Shown piece by piece: positions 27,696 to 36,655 of a DNA stretch of 64,000 nt (positions are counted from its first letter, which is position 1; the number at the start of each line of letters is the position of its first letter). The notes below the pieces were generated by a model, which was not told the DNA's origin, made no database searches, and saw nothing but the letters and a program-made list of their open reading frames with translations. Both the position numbers and the translations under genes were made by a program. This stretch comes from Chloroflexota bacterium (lineage in GTDB: Bacteria > Chloroflexota > Dehalococcoidia > Bin125): NCBI GenBank assembly GCA_026707145.1, contig JAPOXK010000010.1, positions 10,849-74,848 on the forward strand. Direction: 5' to 3'.

Positions 27696-27755
27696 ACTCC
27701 GATTTCCCGCGCCGATTTAGGGTCGCGCCCTCTCCTCCGGCTGGTCAAGCTGGGA

Positions 27756-28733
27756 TCATGGTGCCCGGCGCTCCGTGAGTTCGCGGAGCATGTCCCCGCG
27801 GCGCCCGTTGAAGTGCTCGCGCTCTGCCCAGTAATACACCGTCACCAGGATGCCGAAGAAGAACATCATCGCTCCGGGAACCCACATCACGCCGGCGCCG
27901 ATCCGTTGATCGATCAGGGCGCTCGGTCCCCAGTCCCGCGTGAGGTCCACGTATCGGTCGTAGACGGGTTCGTCGATGCTCGTGAGGATGAGCGCCAGAG
28001 CGATGTTTTGCAAAAGCGCTGCGATCAGCAGCGCGATGCGGCCGACGTGGGCGGGCCGCAACCGTGTCGCGTCCACCGCGACCACGAGCCACCAGAAGAG
28101 TATCGCGCCGCCGAGGAAACTGCCGTGCTCGAATGCGTGCAACGTGGCGTTGTCGATCGCCGCTTCGTAGGCCGCGGGAAGATGCCAGACCCAGATCGAC
28201 GCGATGAACAGCAGGAGGGCGACGGGAGGGTACGTTATCACGCGGGCGAAGCGGCTTTCGATGAGCGGGATCAGGTATTCGCGCCGCACGCGGTTGGACG
28301 AGGCCCGTAGCGCCAGCGTGACGGGGGCGCCCAACAGGAGCAGCGGCGCCACGAGCATCACCATGATCATGTGTTGCACCATGTGAACCCAAAAGAGATC
28401 GTCGCCGTAGCTGTCGATCGGTGAGACGAGCGCCAGCAGTAACAGCAGCGCCCCCGTTCCGAACGCCGCGAGGTGCCAGCGGGGAAAGTGGAAACGTCGC
28501 GGATCCCGCCGGAGCCGCCAGTAGGCCCAGGCGTACAGTCCAACGAGGAGGGCCACGATGCTGAACCCGAACGGCTCCAGCGACCACTCCCCAAGCGCAT
28601 CCGGGAACCGTCCGGACACGTCGGCCCCGCTGTGGGCGGCTGCCGTGCCCGTCGTTGTCAGCCAGGCAGCGCCAGTCAGCAGCCCCGCGACTGCCGCGAG
28701 CCCCAGACGCCTTAGTCGTTTGACGTCGCACAC
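27756..28733 (-). CDS. ctaG: Cytochrome c oxidase assembly factor (caa3 CtaG family)
   Basis: SPID...FWVHMVQH, APLLLLG.P, WHLP..Y, DQRIGAGVMWVPG. Confidence 0.88.
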   Translation of the reverse strand: MCDVKRLRRLGLAAVAGLLTGAAWLTTTGTAAAHSGADVSGRFPDALGEWSLEPFGFSIVALLVGLYAWAYWRLRRDPRRFHFPRWHLAAFGTGALLLLLALVSPIDSYGDDLFWVHMVQHMIMVMLVAPLLLLGAPVTLALRASSNRVRREYLIPLIESRFARVITYPPVALLLFIASIWVWHLPAAYEAAIDNATLHAFEHGSFLGGAILFWWLVVAVDATRLRPAHVGRIALLIAALLQNIALALILTSIDEPVYDRYVDLTRDWGPSALIDQRIGAGVMWVPGAMMFFFGILVTVYYWAEREHFNGRRGDMLRELTERRAP

Positions 28734-28800
28734 GGCTCGATCCTAGCGGCGCCCAGCGAACCATCCGGCGCCGTGACCACGCACATGCCGTGCGGATGTC

Positions 28801-29412
28801 TTATGCCAAGAAGAGGAGGGAGAAAACCAAGATCCAGACGACATCCACGAAGTGCCAGTACATCGACGCCGCCTCCACGGCCGTGTTGCGTTCTGCGTCG
28901 AAGTGGCCCAGGTAGGTCCGCAACCAGAGCGTGAAGATGAAGATCAAGCCACCGATCACGTGCGCCCCGTGGAACCCGGTGAGGATGTAGAAGGTTGCGC
29001 CGTAGGGTCCGTCGCCGATTCCAAAGTCGAGAGTTGCCCACTCCACCCCCGTGTTGATGATGAAAGCGATCCCAAGGAACAAAGTCAGGAACAGCCCCCA
29101 GCGGAGTTGCCTCCGCTTGCCTTGGCGGATCGCCATCGCGGCCCACTGCATGGGGATGCTGCTCAGGACGAGTAGGATGGTGAAGAACACGGGCCGGAAG
29201 TCCGCTCCCAACACGTGGCCGCCGTTGGTCGGCGCCCAGACCACCGCGTCTTCCCGCAGTGCCAGGTAGGCGGCGATCAACCCGGAGAAGAACATGAGCT
29301 CCGAGAAGATGAAGAAGACCATGCCCCACAGCCCGACGGTCATGGGTTCGTCCCCAACGAAGATCCGCCGGAGGAAGGGGGTCTGCGGCATCGGTCGCGT
29401 CTGAGTCGCCAT
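28801..29412 (-). CDS. ctaE: Cytochrome c oxidase subunit III
   Basis: FIFSELMFF, TGFHGAHV, YWHFVDVVW. Confidence 0.95.
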   Translation of the reverse strand: MATQTRPMPQTPFLRRIFVGDEPMTVGLWGMVFFIFSELMFFSGLIAAYLALREDAVVWAPTNGGHVLGADFRPVFFTILLVLSSIPMQWAAMAIRQGKRRQLRWGLFLTLFLGIAFIINTGVEWATLDFGIGDGPYGATFYILTGFHGAHVIGGLIFIFTLWLRTYLGHFDAERNTAVEAASMYWHFVDVVWILVFSLLFLA

Positions 29413-29420
29413 AGCCGTCC

Positions 29421-31115
29421 TTAGCCGTCCTGTGCCGCGGCCGGCTGCGTAGCCGATGCGCTACCCGCGCCCGTTCCACTCTCCACCATCCGGTGATCGA
29501 ACAGAGGCCGCTCGGACTTCACCGGGATCAGGCGGTCGAAGTTATGGGCTGGTGGCGGTGAGCTGGTCGCCCACTCCAGGGTGTTCGCCTCCCAGGGATC
29601 GTCGCCCGCCTCTTCGCCGTACTTCCACGAGTAGAGGATGTTGAAGAGGAAGGGAATCATGCCCGCAGCCACGACGAAAGCCCCGACTGTCGAGATCAGG
29701 TTCATCAGTTCCCAGCCACCGTAGGGCGCGTAGTCGTTGATCCGGCGCGGCATCCCATCCAATCCCAGCATCAACTGGGGCCAGAACAGCATGTTGGCGC
29801 CGATGAAGGCGGACCAGAAGTGCAGCTTGCCCAGCCCTTCGTTCAAAAGCCGGCCGATCATCTTCGGGAACCAGAAGTACACCGCAGCCAGAATCCCAAA
29901 GGCCGCGCCGGTGGCGAGGACGTAGTGGAGGTGGCTCACCACGAAGTAGGTGTCATGGAGGTGGAAGTCGACCGGCACCGCGGCATGGAAGACTCCTGTG
30001 ATCCCGCCGATCAGGAACAGCATGAGGAAGCCAATGGCGAAGAGCATCGCCGTTGGCAGGGTCACGGCTCCTCGGAACATCGTCGAGATCCAGTTGAAGA
30101 ACTTCACGCCCGTTGGTACGGCGATGAGGAAGGTGGAGGCCATGAAGAACGGCAGGAAGACGCCACCGGTCGTGAACATATGGTGCGCCCAGACGATGAA
30201 CCCCAATAATCCGATCCCCACGATCGCCAGCACCATGGAGCGGTAGCCGAAGAGGGGTTTGCGGCTGAAGACGGGGATGATCTCGGAGACAACTCCCATG
30301 GGCGGCAAGATCATGATGTAGACCGCTGGGTGCGAGTAGAACCAGAAGAGGTTCTGCCACAGCAGTACCTGTCCGCCTTGGCCCGTCGGGTCGAAGAAGG
30401 CGCCACCGGCACCGTTGCGGTCCACGAACAGCATGATCAGCGCCGAGGCCAGCACCGGCGTCGCGAGGAGGACCAGGAATGAGGTGACGAGCGTTGTCCA
30501 CGTGAACAGCGGCAGCCGGAACATCGTCATTCCGGGTGCGCGCAGCTTGAAGATCGTCGTGAGGAAGTTGATGGCGCCGGCGGTTGACGCGGCTCCCAGG
30601 ATCACGACGCCGACAAGCCAGAGATCCGTCCCCGCTCCCAGCGGTTGCGCGTTCGCGCCCGTGTTGCTCGCCACGGGCGGGTACGAGGTCCAGCCAGCCG
30701 AGGCGCTGCCGCCGGAAAACGCGAAGGAGCTGACCATCATGATCCCGCCAAAGGCGAACATCCAGTAGGACAGCGCGTTCATCCGCGGGAACGCCATGTC
30801 GGGCGCGCCGATCTGCAGGGGCACGATGTAGTTCATGAAGCCCGCGGCGACGGGCAGGATGAAGAGGAACAGCATGATGCTGCCGTGCATCGTGAAGAGC
30901 TGGTTGTACGTTTCGTCGCCGATGATGGTCCCGGTCTGCGCCAATTCGGTGCGCATCACCAAGGAGAACGCCCCGCCCACGAGGGCGAACCCCAGCGCGG
31001 TGAAGATGTAGAGGAGCCCGATCTTTTTGTGATCCGTGGTGGACAGCCACTCGATGATCACATCGACGGCGCGCATCCCTGCGTAACCGGGGGCTGTTGG
31101 TGCGACCGTTGCCAT
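29421..31115 (-). CDS. ctaD: Cytochrome c oxidase subunit I (type A2, YSHP motif)
   Basis: DHKKIG, TMHG, WFYSHPAVY, VWAHHMF, HDTYFVVSHLHY, MPRR. Confidence 0.97.
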   Translation of the reverse strand: MATVAPTAPGYAGMRAVDVIIEWLSTTDHKKIGLLYIFTALGFALVGGAFSLVMRTELAQTGTIIGDETYNQLFTMHGSIMLFLFILPVAAGFMNYIVPLQIGAPDMAFPRMNALSYWMFAFGGIMMVSSFAFSGGSASAGWTSYPPVASNTGANAQPLGAGTDLWLVGVVILGAASTAGAINFLTTIFKLRAPGMTMFRLPLFTWTTLVTSFLVLLATPVLASALIMLFVDRNGAGGAFFDPTGQGGQVLLWQNLFWFYSHPAVYIMILPPMGVVSEIIPVFSRKPLFGYRSMVLAIVGIGLLGFIVWAHHMFTTGGVFLPFFMASTFLIAVPTGVKFFNWISTMFRGAVTLPTAMLFAIGFLMLFLIGGITGVFHAAVPVDFHLHDTYFVVSHLHYVLATGAAFGILAAVYFWFPKMIGRLLNEGLGKLHFWSAFIGANMLFWPQLMLGLDGMPRRINDYAPYGGWELMNLISTVGAFVVAAGMIPFLFNILYSWKYGEEAGDDPWEANTLEWATSSPPPAHNFDRLIPVKSERPLFDHRMVESGTGAGSASATQPAAAQDG

Positions 31116-31137
31116 CGCTTCTCTTCTCTTCTTTCCG

Positions 31138-32490
31138 CTACTGGCTTGGCAGGGTTTGCAGCCAGGCGTAGGTGTCGGCTATGTCCTCGTCGGGTATCAC
31201 GTCGGGAGGGAAGACCGGCATTTGATCGCGCGGGTTGCGGTACTGGTCGATCACTTCCTCCAGCGCCAGCGCGGTCCCCGCGATCGTCAGTCCGATACCG
31301 CCCTCTCCCTGGTCGCCGTGGCAGACGTTGCAGCCGTTGGTAAAGAAGAGCTGCTGACCCCTCACGGGGTCGCCCACGGCCGCTGAGGCAGCTTCACCAG
31401 CGGGCTCTGCGCCTGGGGGAGGTTCCGGAAGCGGCTTCAGGCGTTCCAGCGCCTCCGCCAGTTGGGTATCGAACCACTCCGTGTACGCATCGAGCGGCAG
31501 GGCGTGGACCGTGAACAGCATGCGCGCGTGCTCGCGTCCGCAGAACTCCGCACACTGTCCCTCGTAGTACACGCCCTCCGGCCCGACATCTTCTTCATTG
31601 AGGTCCACCCACATCGCATGCACCCGGCCCGGCACCAAGTCCAACTTGTAGAGGAACTCCGGCGTATAGAAGGAGTGAATCACGTCGACCGCCGCGAGAT
31701 TGAAGCGCACCGTTTTGCCGATGGGTACGGTCACCACCGGAGTGGGAACGCCGTCTTCCTCTAAGCCGCCCAAGCGCTCCTCGGCCCGTGTCTCCGTGCC
31801 GTCGAACAGCAGCCAGATCTTCGATCCGCTGGGATGCTCCTCTGCGACCGTTCCATCGATCGCGCGGTCGACGACGATACCGTCCTCTTGTACTTCGACC
31901 AGGCGCACATGCTCCACGTCGATCCGGAGCGAAGTGGTGAACGGCGCCAGCTCCGCAAATGCTTCTGGGTTCGTGACGGCAAGAGTGCTCTGGGCCTCTC
32001 CCTCCGGCAGCACGGAGGCCGTTGCCGTATTCAACTCGGCCGAGTAGCGGAAGGCCCAAGTCCACTGCCGCCCCAGTACGTCGATCGTTTCGACGGGTTC
32101 TCCGGCGTCCGGCGACGATTCGACGTTCTCCAGAATGATGAACGAGTAGACGAAGAGGGCGATCACGATGACCGCCGGTGTGACCGTCCACACCACCTCG
32201 GCCATCATGTTGCCGTGTGTCTGCTTTGGTAGTGCGTCACCGCGCCGCCGGTAGCGGAAGATGATGTAGACGATCGCGATCTCGACCGCGACGAACACCA
32301 CCGCTGCCACGATGAAGACGACCATGTAGAGCGTTCGGATCTCGTCGCCCTGCTCGGTGCGTGCCTGGGGCGGAAAGGCCTGGGCGCCGACCACCTCCAG
32401 CGTCGCCAGCATCGCCAGGAGTGCAGCGGCCACGGCGACGATCGTCAGCCGCAGCATCCGAGAACTCCAGAGGTCGTGCAGCGTCTCCAA
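31138..32490 (-). CDS. ctaC: Cytochrome c oxidase subunit II with C-terminal cytochrome c (caa3 type) and internal insertion
   Basis: DVIHSF, CAEFCGREHARM CuA site, C-terminal CNVCH heme c site. Confidence 0.95.
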   Translation of the reverse strand: METLHDLWSSRMLRLTIVAVAAALLAMLATLEVVGAQAFPPQARTEQGDEIRTLYMVVFIVAAVVFVAVEIAIVYIIFRYRRRGDALPKQTHGNMMAEVVWTVTPAVIVIALFVYSFIILENVESSPDAGEPVETIDVLGRQWTWAFRYSAELNTATASVLPEGEAQSTLAVTNPEAFAELAPFTTSLRIDVEHVRLVEVQEDGIVVDRAIDGTVAEEHPSGSKIWLLFDGTETRAEERLGGLEEDGVPTPVVTVPIGKTVRFNLAAVDVIHSFYTPEFLYKLDLVPGRVHAMWVDLNEEDVGPEGVYYEGQCAEFCGREHARMLFTVHALPLDAYTEWFDTQLAEALERLKPLPEPPPGAEPAGEAASAAVGDPVRGQQLFFTNGCNVCHGDQGEGGIGLTIAGTALALEEVIDQYRNPRDQMPVFPPDVIPDEDIADTYAWLQTLPSQ

Positions 32491-32529
32491 TGCCGTTCCG
32501 TTTCTTGGTCCGCCGCGCCTACGTTCGCT

Positions 32530-33549
32530 CTAATGACCGGTGGCGAAGCTTTTGATGTCTTCGCCCAGCCAGCCCAAGGTCCCCAAAATCGCGAGCGTCA
32601 GGCCGGCGCCCAACAGTTCTGCCGGAAACACCATGCCGAATGCGGTCATGACCGCGCCGATCGCGACGATGATAGGGCTCCAGGATGGGGGTGCGGTATG
32701 GAAGCCCTCTGGCAAGTCCGCCGCCGCTTCGTGTGGCGCGACCGCAGGGACGGCGGCGTGTCCCTTAGCTCCATCCCCATCACGGGTGAAGTTCAGAATG
32801 TCTTCCCAGAGCCAGCCGAGCGTGCCGAGGATGGCGGTCGCCAGGCCCGCCCCGAGGAGTTCGGCAGGGAATACCATTCCGAAGGCGGTGAGCGCTGCTC
32901 CCAATCCGATCAGAATCGGGAAGGGCGATGGCGGCGCCGTATGGAATGCGTGTTCCTCTTTCGCAGCTCCCGCTTCCAGTAAGGCCGCGGTTCCCGCAGG
33001 CAGGGCCGTCCCGGCGGCTGGTACGGAGTAGGCTGCCTCTTGCTCGCGCCGCTGCCGCTGATAGCTCCGCGAGCGGAGGAACGGCGGCAGAATCGCGGCG
33101 ACGAGCTGCCCCACGTCGACGCCCGTGTACGCCTCTTCGACTTCAAGTCCGAAGGCGCGTGTCCATCTCCATGCCCGGATCCCCGCGAGCTTGATGCCGA
33201 GTTCGTTGCAGAGTCGATTTGCCCTGCCCGCTTGCCCGGCCGGGACGAACAGGTAGAGCGGCCCCGCCTTGGAGAGCGGGAGCCAGTGCTTCCGCGCCGT
33301 TGTTTCCGTTACTTCATGGCGCAGTGCAACGAGGCCGAGTAGCTCGATGAAGTGGCCTGGCTCCTCGACGACGACGATATCGGGGTAAATCCAGCCTCCC
33401 CCGCGCACTTGTATCCCAATCTGCTCGTTGGGCACGTTCACGAAGGTTTGCCAGCTGGAGTGCTCGGCGCTTGGGTACGAGAAACGCTCCGCAGCGATCT
33501 GCTCGACGATATCTGCTGCCCTGGTGCGCTCTACATCAACCGTCGGCAT
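32530..33549 (-). CDS. Fusion of a soluble PD-(D/E)XK-like domain and two tandem oxidase subunit IV-like TM hairpins
   Basis: YPDIVVV N-domain; duplicated FHTAPPSxxPI...AFGMVFPAELLGAGL..AILGTLGWL.EDI; first gene of the cox operon. Confidence 0.7.
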   Translation of the reverse strand: MPTVDVERTRAADIVEQIAAERFSYPSAEHSSWQTFVNVPNEQIGIQVRGGGWIYPDIVVVEEPGHFIELLGLVALRHEVTETTARKHWLPLSKAGPLYLFVPAGQAGRANRLCNELGIKLAGIRAWRWTRAFGLEVEEAYTGVDVGQLVAAILPPFLRSRSYQRQRREQEAAYSVPAAGTALPAGTAALLEAGAAKEEHAFHTAPPSPFPILIGLGAALTAFGMVFPAELLGAGLATAILGTLGWLWEDILNFTRDGDGAKGHAAVPAVAPHEAAADLPEGFHTAPPSWSPIIVAIGAVMTAFGMVFPAELLGAGLTLAILGTLGWLGEDIKSFATGH

Positions 33550-33608
33550 GCGGCCCGCGCGCTCCCCACCCCGTTTGGGCTGCCCGGCTCGATCGCCAGT
33601 GTGACCGA

Positions 33609-33626
33609 TTGTGCACGATCGCACAA
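33609..33626. promoter_or_regulatory. Rex operator upstream of the cytochrome oxidase operon
   Basis: TTGTG-CACGATCG-CACAA equals TTGTG-N8-CACAA; 60 nt upstream of the first gene. Confidence 0.7.
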
Positions 33627-33721
33627 CCAGACACCACCGATAACGCGGTCGACGATACCGGAGCGTGATGCGGTCTAGGGTGGGCGGCGACGGTCAGATG
33701 AGCAAGCACGCAAACGGCTGG

Positions 33722-34891
33722 TTAGGGCGAGAGAGTCTGCGTGGGCTGGTTTACCGGCACGTACTTCGGGCGGTAGATCGCTACGCCTTTGCCGTTGCGG
33801 AAGGCCAGACGCTCGTCGACGATCTGAGCTCCGATGCCTGCGATTCGTGCCCAGCCGAAGAGCGTTGTGTAGTACTCCGGATCGGTGAACCCGACTGCGT
33901 TAAGCAGACTGCCTGAGACGAGGTCCACGTTGGGGTAAGGGTTGGCGATCTTCGGGTTCTCCTTGAGGATCGGTGGCACGACCTTGCGCAGAGTTTTCAC
34001 GATCCGGAACTCGCGGTTGTCTGGCGCGATCCGCTCGCCCACGGCGATCTGCACCTGTGCTCGCGGATCCTCTTCACGCAATACGGCGTGTCCGAAGCCG
34101 AAGATCAGCCCCCCTTCCGCAATGCGCTCCCGCACCCAGCGCTCGACCAAGGCCTCGTCGTCCGTATTCACTTGGCGCACGAACTCCAGGCAGTCTTGAT
34201 TCGCCCGCCCGTGTCGTGGCCCCGCTAACCCGTTCATCGCCGAAGCCAGGGATTGATAGAGATCCGCCAGACCGGAGGCCACCGCCTTGCCCGTGAAGGT
34301 CGAGAGGTTCCCGCCGCCGTGATCCATGTGGAGGACGTAGAAGGTGCGCAGCAGGGTTGTGAGCTTTTCCAAATCGCCGCTGGGCATGCCCAGCATGTGG
34401 ACGAAGTTCGCCACGTAATCCAACGCTGGATCGCTTTCGATCGGGTCGCCCCAGCCCTCTCGAATGCGGAAGATCGCCGCCAACACGCTCGGGATCCGCG
34501 CCACCAGGTTCAGGGCATCTTCTTTGTAGTCGCCGGTCTTGGCGGTCATGCCGAGCAACTGAATCCCTACGCACAACATCTCCATGGGATGAGCGCCCGG
34601 CGGCAGTCCCTTAAGCGAGGCGTACACCGCTGGGTCGACCTCGGCCCGCTGCTGGAGGTCACGCCTGAAGGCTGCGGCCTCGTCCGCGCTCGGCAGGTGC
34701 TTATGGAAGAGGAGGTAGATCACGTCCTCAGGCGGGAGATGCGCGATCTCCGCGATCGGGTAGCCTACATACGAGACGCCCCGTTGCGGATCGACGCCGC
34801 TGGTCCAGCATGTTCCCACGGGATAGCCGCGGAGGCCGGTATCCAACTGCTTCTCCGTGATGGTGAATTCGATCACGGGCCGGTCGCTCAT
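33722..34891 (-). CDS. gltA: Citrate synthase
   Basis: HMDHGGGNLST, GLAGPRHGRANQ, GFGHAVLR.EDPR, PNVD motifs. Confidence 0.92.
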   Translation of the reverse strand: MSDRPVIEFTITEKQLDTGLRGYPVGTCWTSGVDPQRGVSYVGYPIAEIAHLPPEDVIYLLFHKHLPSADEAAAFRRDLQQRAEVDPAVYASLKGLPPGAHPMEMLCVGIQLLGMTAKTGDYKEDALNLVARIPSVLAAIFRIREGWGDPIESDPALDYVANFVHMLGMPSGDLEKLTTLLRTFYVLHMDHGGGNLSTFTGKAVASGLADLYQSLASAMNGLAGPRHGRANQDCLEFVRQVNTDDEALVERWVRERIAEGGLIFGFGHAVLREEDPRAQVQIAVGERIAPDNREFRIVKTLRKVVPPILKENPKIANPYPNVDLVSGSLLNAVGFTDPEYYTTLFGWARIAGIGAQIVDERLAFRNGKGVAIYRPKYVPVNQPTQTLSP

Positions 34892-34925
34892 CGTCGCTCC
34901 ATTGTCCCTATGCCGCGTCGACCCA

Positions 34926-35729
34926 TCACCCGACGACGGTTTCGATCCGGAAGCGCACCTTACCCGAGGGGATCGTGACTTCGACTTCGTCCCCCGGCCC
35001 GCGCCCAACGAATGCCTGACCCACTGGGCTGGCTATAGAGATCTTGCCAGCGGTCGCGTCGACCTCATTGTGACCGACGAGAGTGTAATCAACGGTCCTA
35101 CCTGAAACAAGATTGATTGCCGTGACGCTGCTTCCGAGGTGCGCGCGGCCACTCTCCTCTTCCCCGGCGACGACCACGGCGTGCTTGATGTCGTACTCGA
35201 GCTGGCGGATGCGTCCCTCCAGGTGCCCCTGCGCGTCACGAGCGGCGTCCAGCGGAGCGTTCTCACGGAAATCCTTGTCCGCCATCGCCGATTTCAGCGC
35301 TTGTTGGATCTGGGGCCGCTGCGCGTGCAATCGCTCGAGTTCCGTCTTGGCGGCGGCCAGGCCGTCCGCGGTCATTTCCACCACTTCGGCCTGTTCGGGG
35401 ACGGCCGCTGCGCTTGTATTGGCCCTCTTTGTGCGCTTGACGCGCAAGTGCGCGCCCAAGTTGGTCGCGGTCCATTTCTTCTTTTTGGCGTAGGCCAAGA
35501 ACTCCTTGACGGGCGGTAGGCGATCCATCACGTCGGTCGTGGTTCCGAGCGCTTCCTGGTATTGCGTCACTTGGTGACCTGTGAGCGCGTCGAGCCTGCG
35601 ATCCGATCCGTACCATGAGGTAAAGCGGGTGATCTCAACCCGGGCCCGCTGGTCCACCGATTGGGCTACGGCCTCCAGATACAAGGCCGCGGCCTCTTCA
35701 AGCGTCGTGGGTCGTTGTTGGTCCGCCAC
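34926..35729 (-). CDS. greA: GreA transcription elongation factor with N-terminal extra helical domain
   Basis: MT.DGL...ELE.L, DFRENAPLDAAR, EVD...GKISIASPVG; about 115-aa N extension; GTG with AGGAG RBS. Confidence 0.88.
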   Translation of the reverse strand: MADQQRPTTLEEAAALYLEAVAQSVDQRARVEITRFTSWYGSDRRLDALTGHQVTQYQEALGTTTDVMDRLPPVKEFLAYAKKKKWTATNLGAHLRVKRTKRANTSAAAVPEQAEVVEMTADGLAAAKTELERLHAQRPQIQQALKSAMADKDFRENAPLDAARDAQGHLEGRIRQLEYDIKHAVVVAGEEESGRAHLGSSVTAINLVSGRTVDYTLVGHNEVDATAGKISIASPVGQAFVGRGPGDEVEVTIPSGKVRFRIETVVG

Positions 35730-35916
35730 CGTCCGCTCCTCTTCAGACCGCTCCGCCTGGCGATGCAGGCTGGGATCGGCGCTGCTGCATGCCCATCGTA
35801 CGAGCGCCGCGCCGTGGGATTCAACGCGTGTGGAGTTCCGCGGGGAGAATTCAGCGCTTGCCCACGCCGCGCATGCACCGCAGCATGCCGTGGTGGCGAT
35901 CGGCAAACGAACTCAG

Positions 35917-36651
35917 ATGCATCCTCCACCCTCCTCTCCTACGCCCAGGGATGTTCGGGCCGCCCTGACCGCCGCCGGCCTGCCGCTCGATCCCGACGCC
36001 GTCCATCGCTTGGCTGCTTTTCTCGGCGCACTGCTGCGCGCCAACACGCGTCTCAACCTGACCCGCATCACCGATCCCGGCGATGCGTTGGTTCGGCACG
36101 TGATCGAGCCGCTGGCGGGCTGGCGGCTCTTGGCCCCTCGCCTTGCGTCGGGCTCCTTGTTCGATGTGGGCAGCGGCGGCGGCGCGCCGGGTCTCCCGAT
36201 CGCGATCGCCGATCCCGGCCGCGAGGTAGTGCTCGTCGAAGCGCGTCGGCGGAAGGCTGATTACCTCCAAGCGACCGTGGAGGAGCTGGCTTTGCCGAAC
36301 GTTCGCGTGATCCAAGCGCGTGCCGAGGCCGTCGCTCGAGGAAGGGAGCGCGGGACGGCGGCGGCGGCGGTGGCGCGCGCGCTGGCCCCGCTGCCCGCTG
36401 CGCTGGAGCTGCTTCTGCCGATCGTTGCGGTCGACGGCTGGACGGCGGTCTTCGCTGGCCCTGCGCTTGCATCGCAGCTTCCCGCTGCCGTTCTCTCCGC
36501 CGCGCACCTCGGCGCTGCGCCTCCCCTCGTTCTCGACATGACTTGGGTCGGCTCGTCGCGCGCGGCGAAGCTGGCGCTCGCACGGAAGCGCGTGCCGACT
36601 CCCGATCGCTTTCCGCGCGCACCCGCGGCGCTGCGCCGTCCCCTGGGCTGA
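35917..36651 (+). CDS. rsmG: 16S rRNA m7G527 methyltransferase
   Basis: N.RLNLT.I, DVGSGGGAPGLP, RAE, ARA, TP.RFPR. Confidence 0.92.
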   Translation: MHPPPSSPTPRDVRAALTAAGLPLDPDAVHRLAAFLGALLRANTRLNLTRITDPGDALVRHVIEPLAGWRLLAPRLASGSLFDVGSGGGAPGLPIAIADPGREVVLVEARRRKADYLQATVEELALPNVRVIQARAEAVARGRERGTAAAAVARALAPLPAALELLLPIVAVDGWTAVFAGPALASQLPAAVLSAAHLGAAPPLVLDMTWVGSSRAAKLALARKRVPTPDRFPRAPAALRRPLG

Positions 36652-36655
36652 GGTG

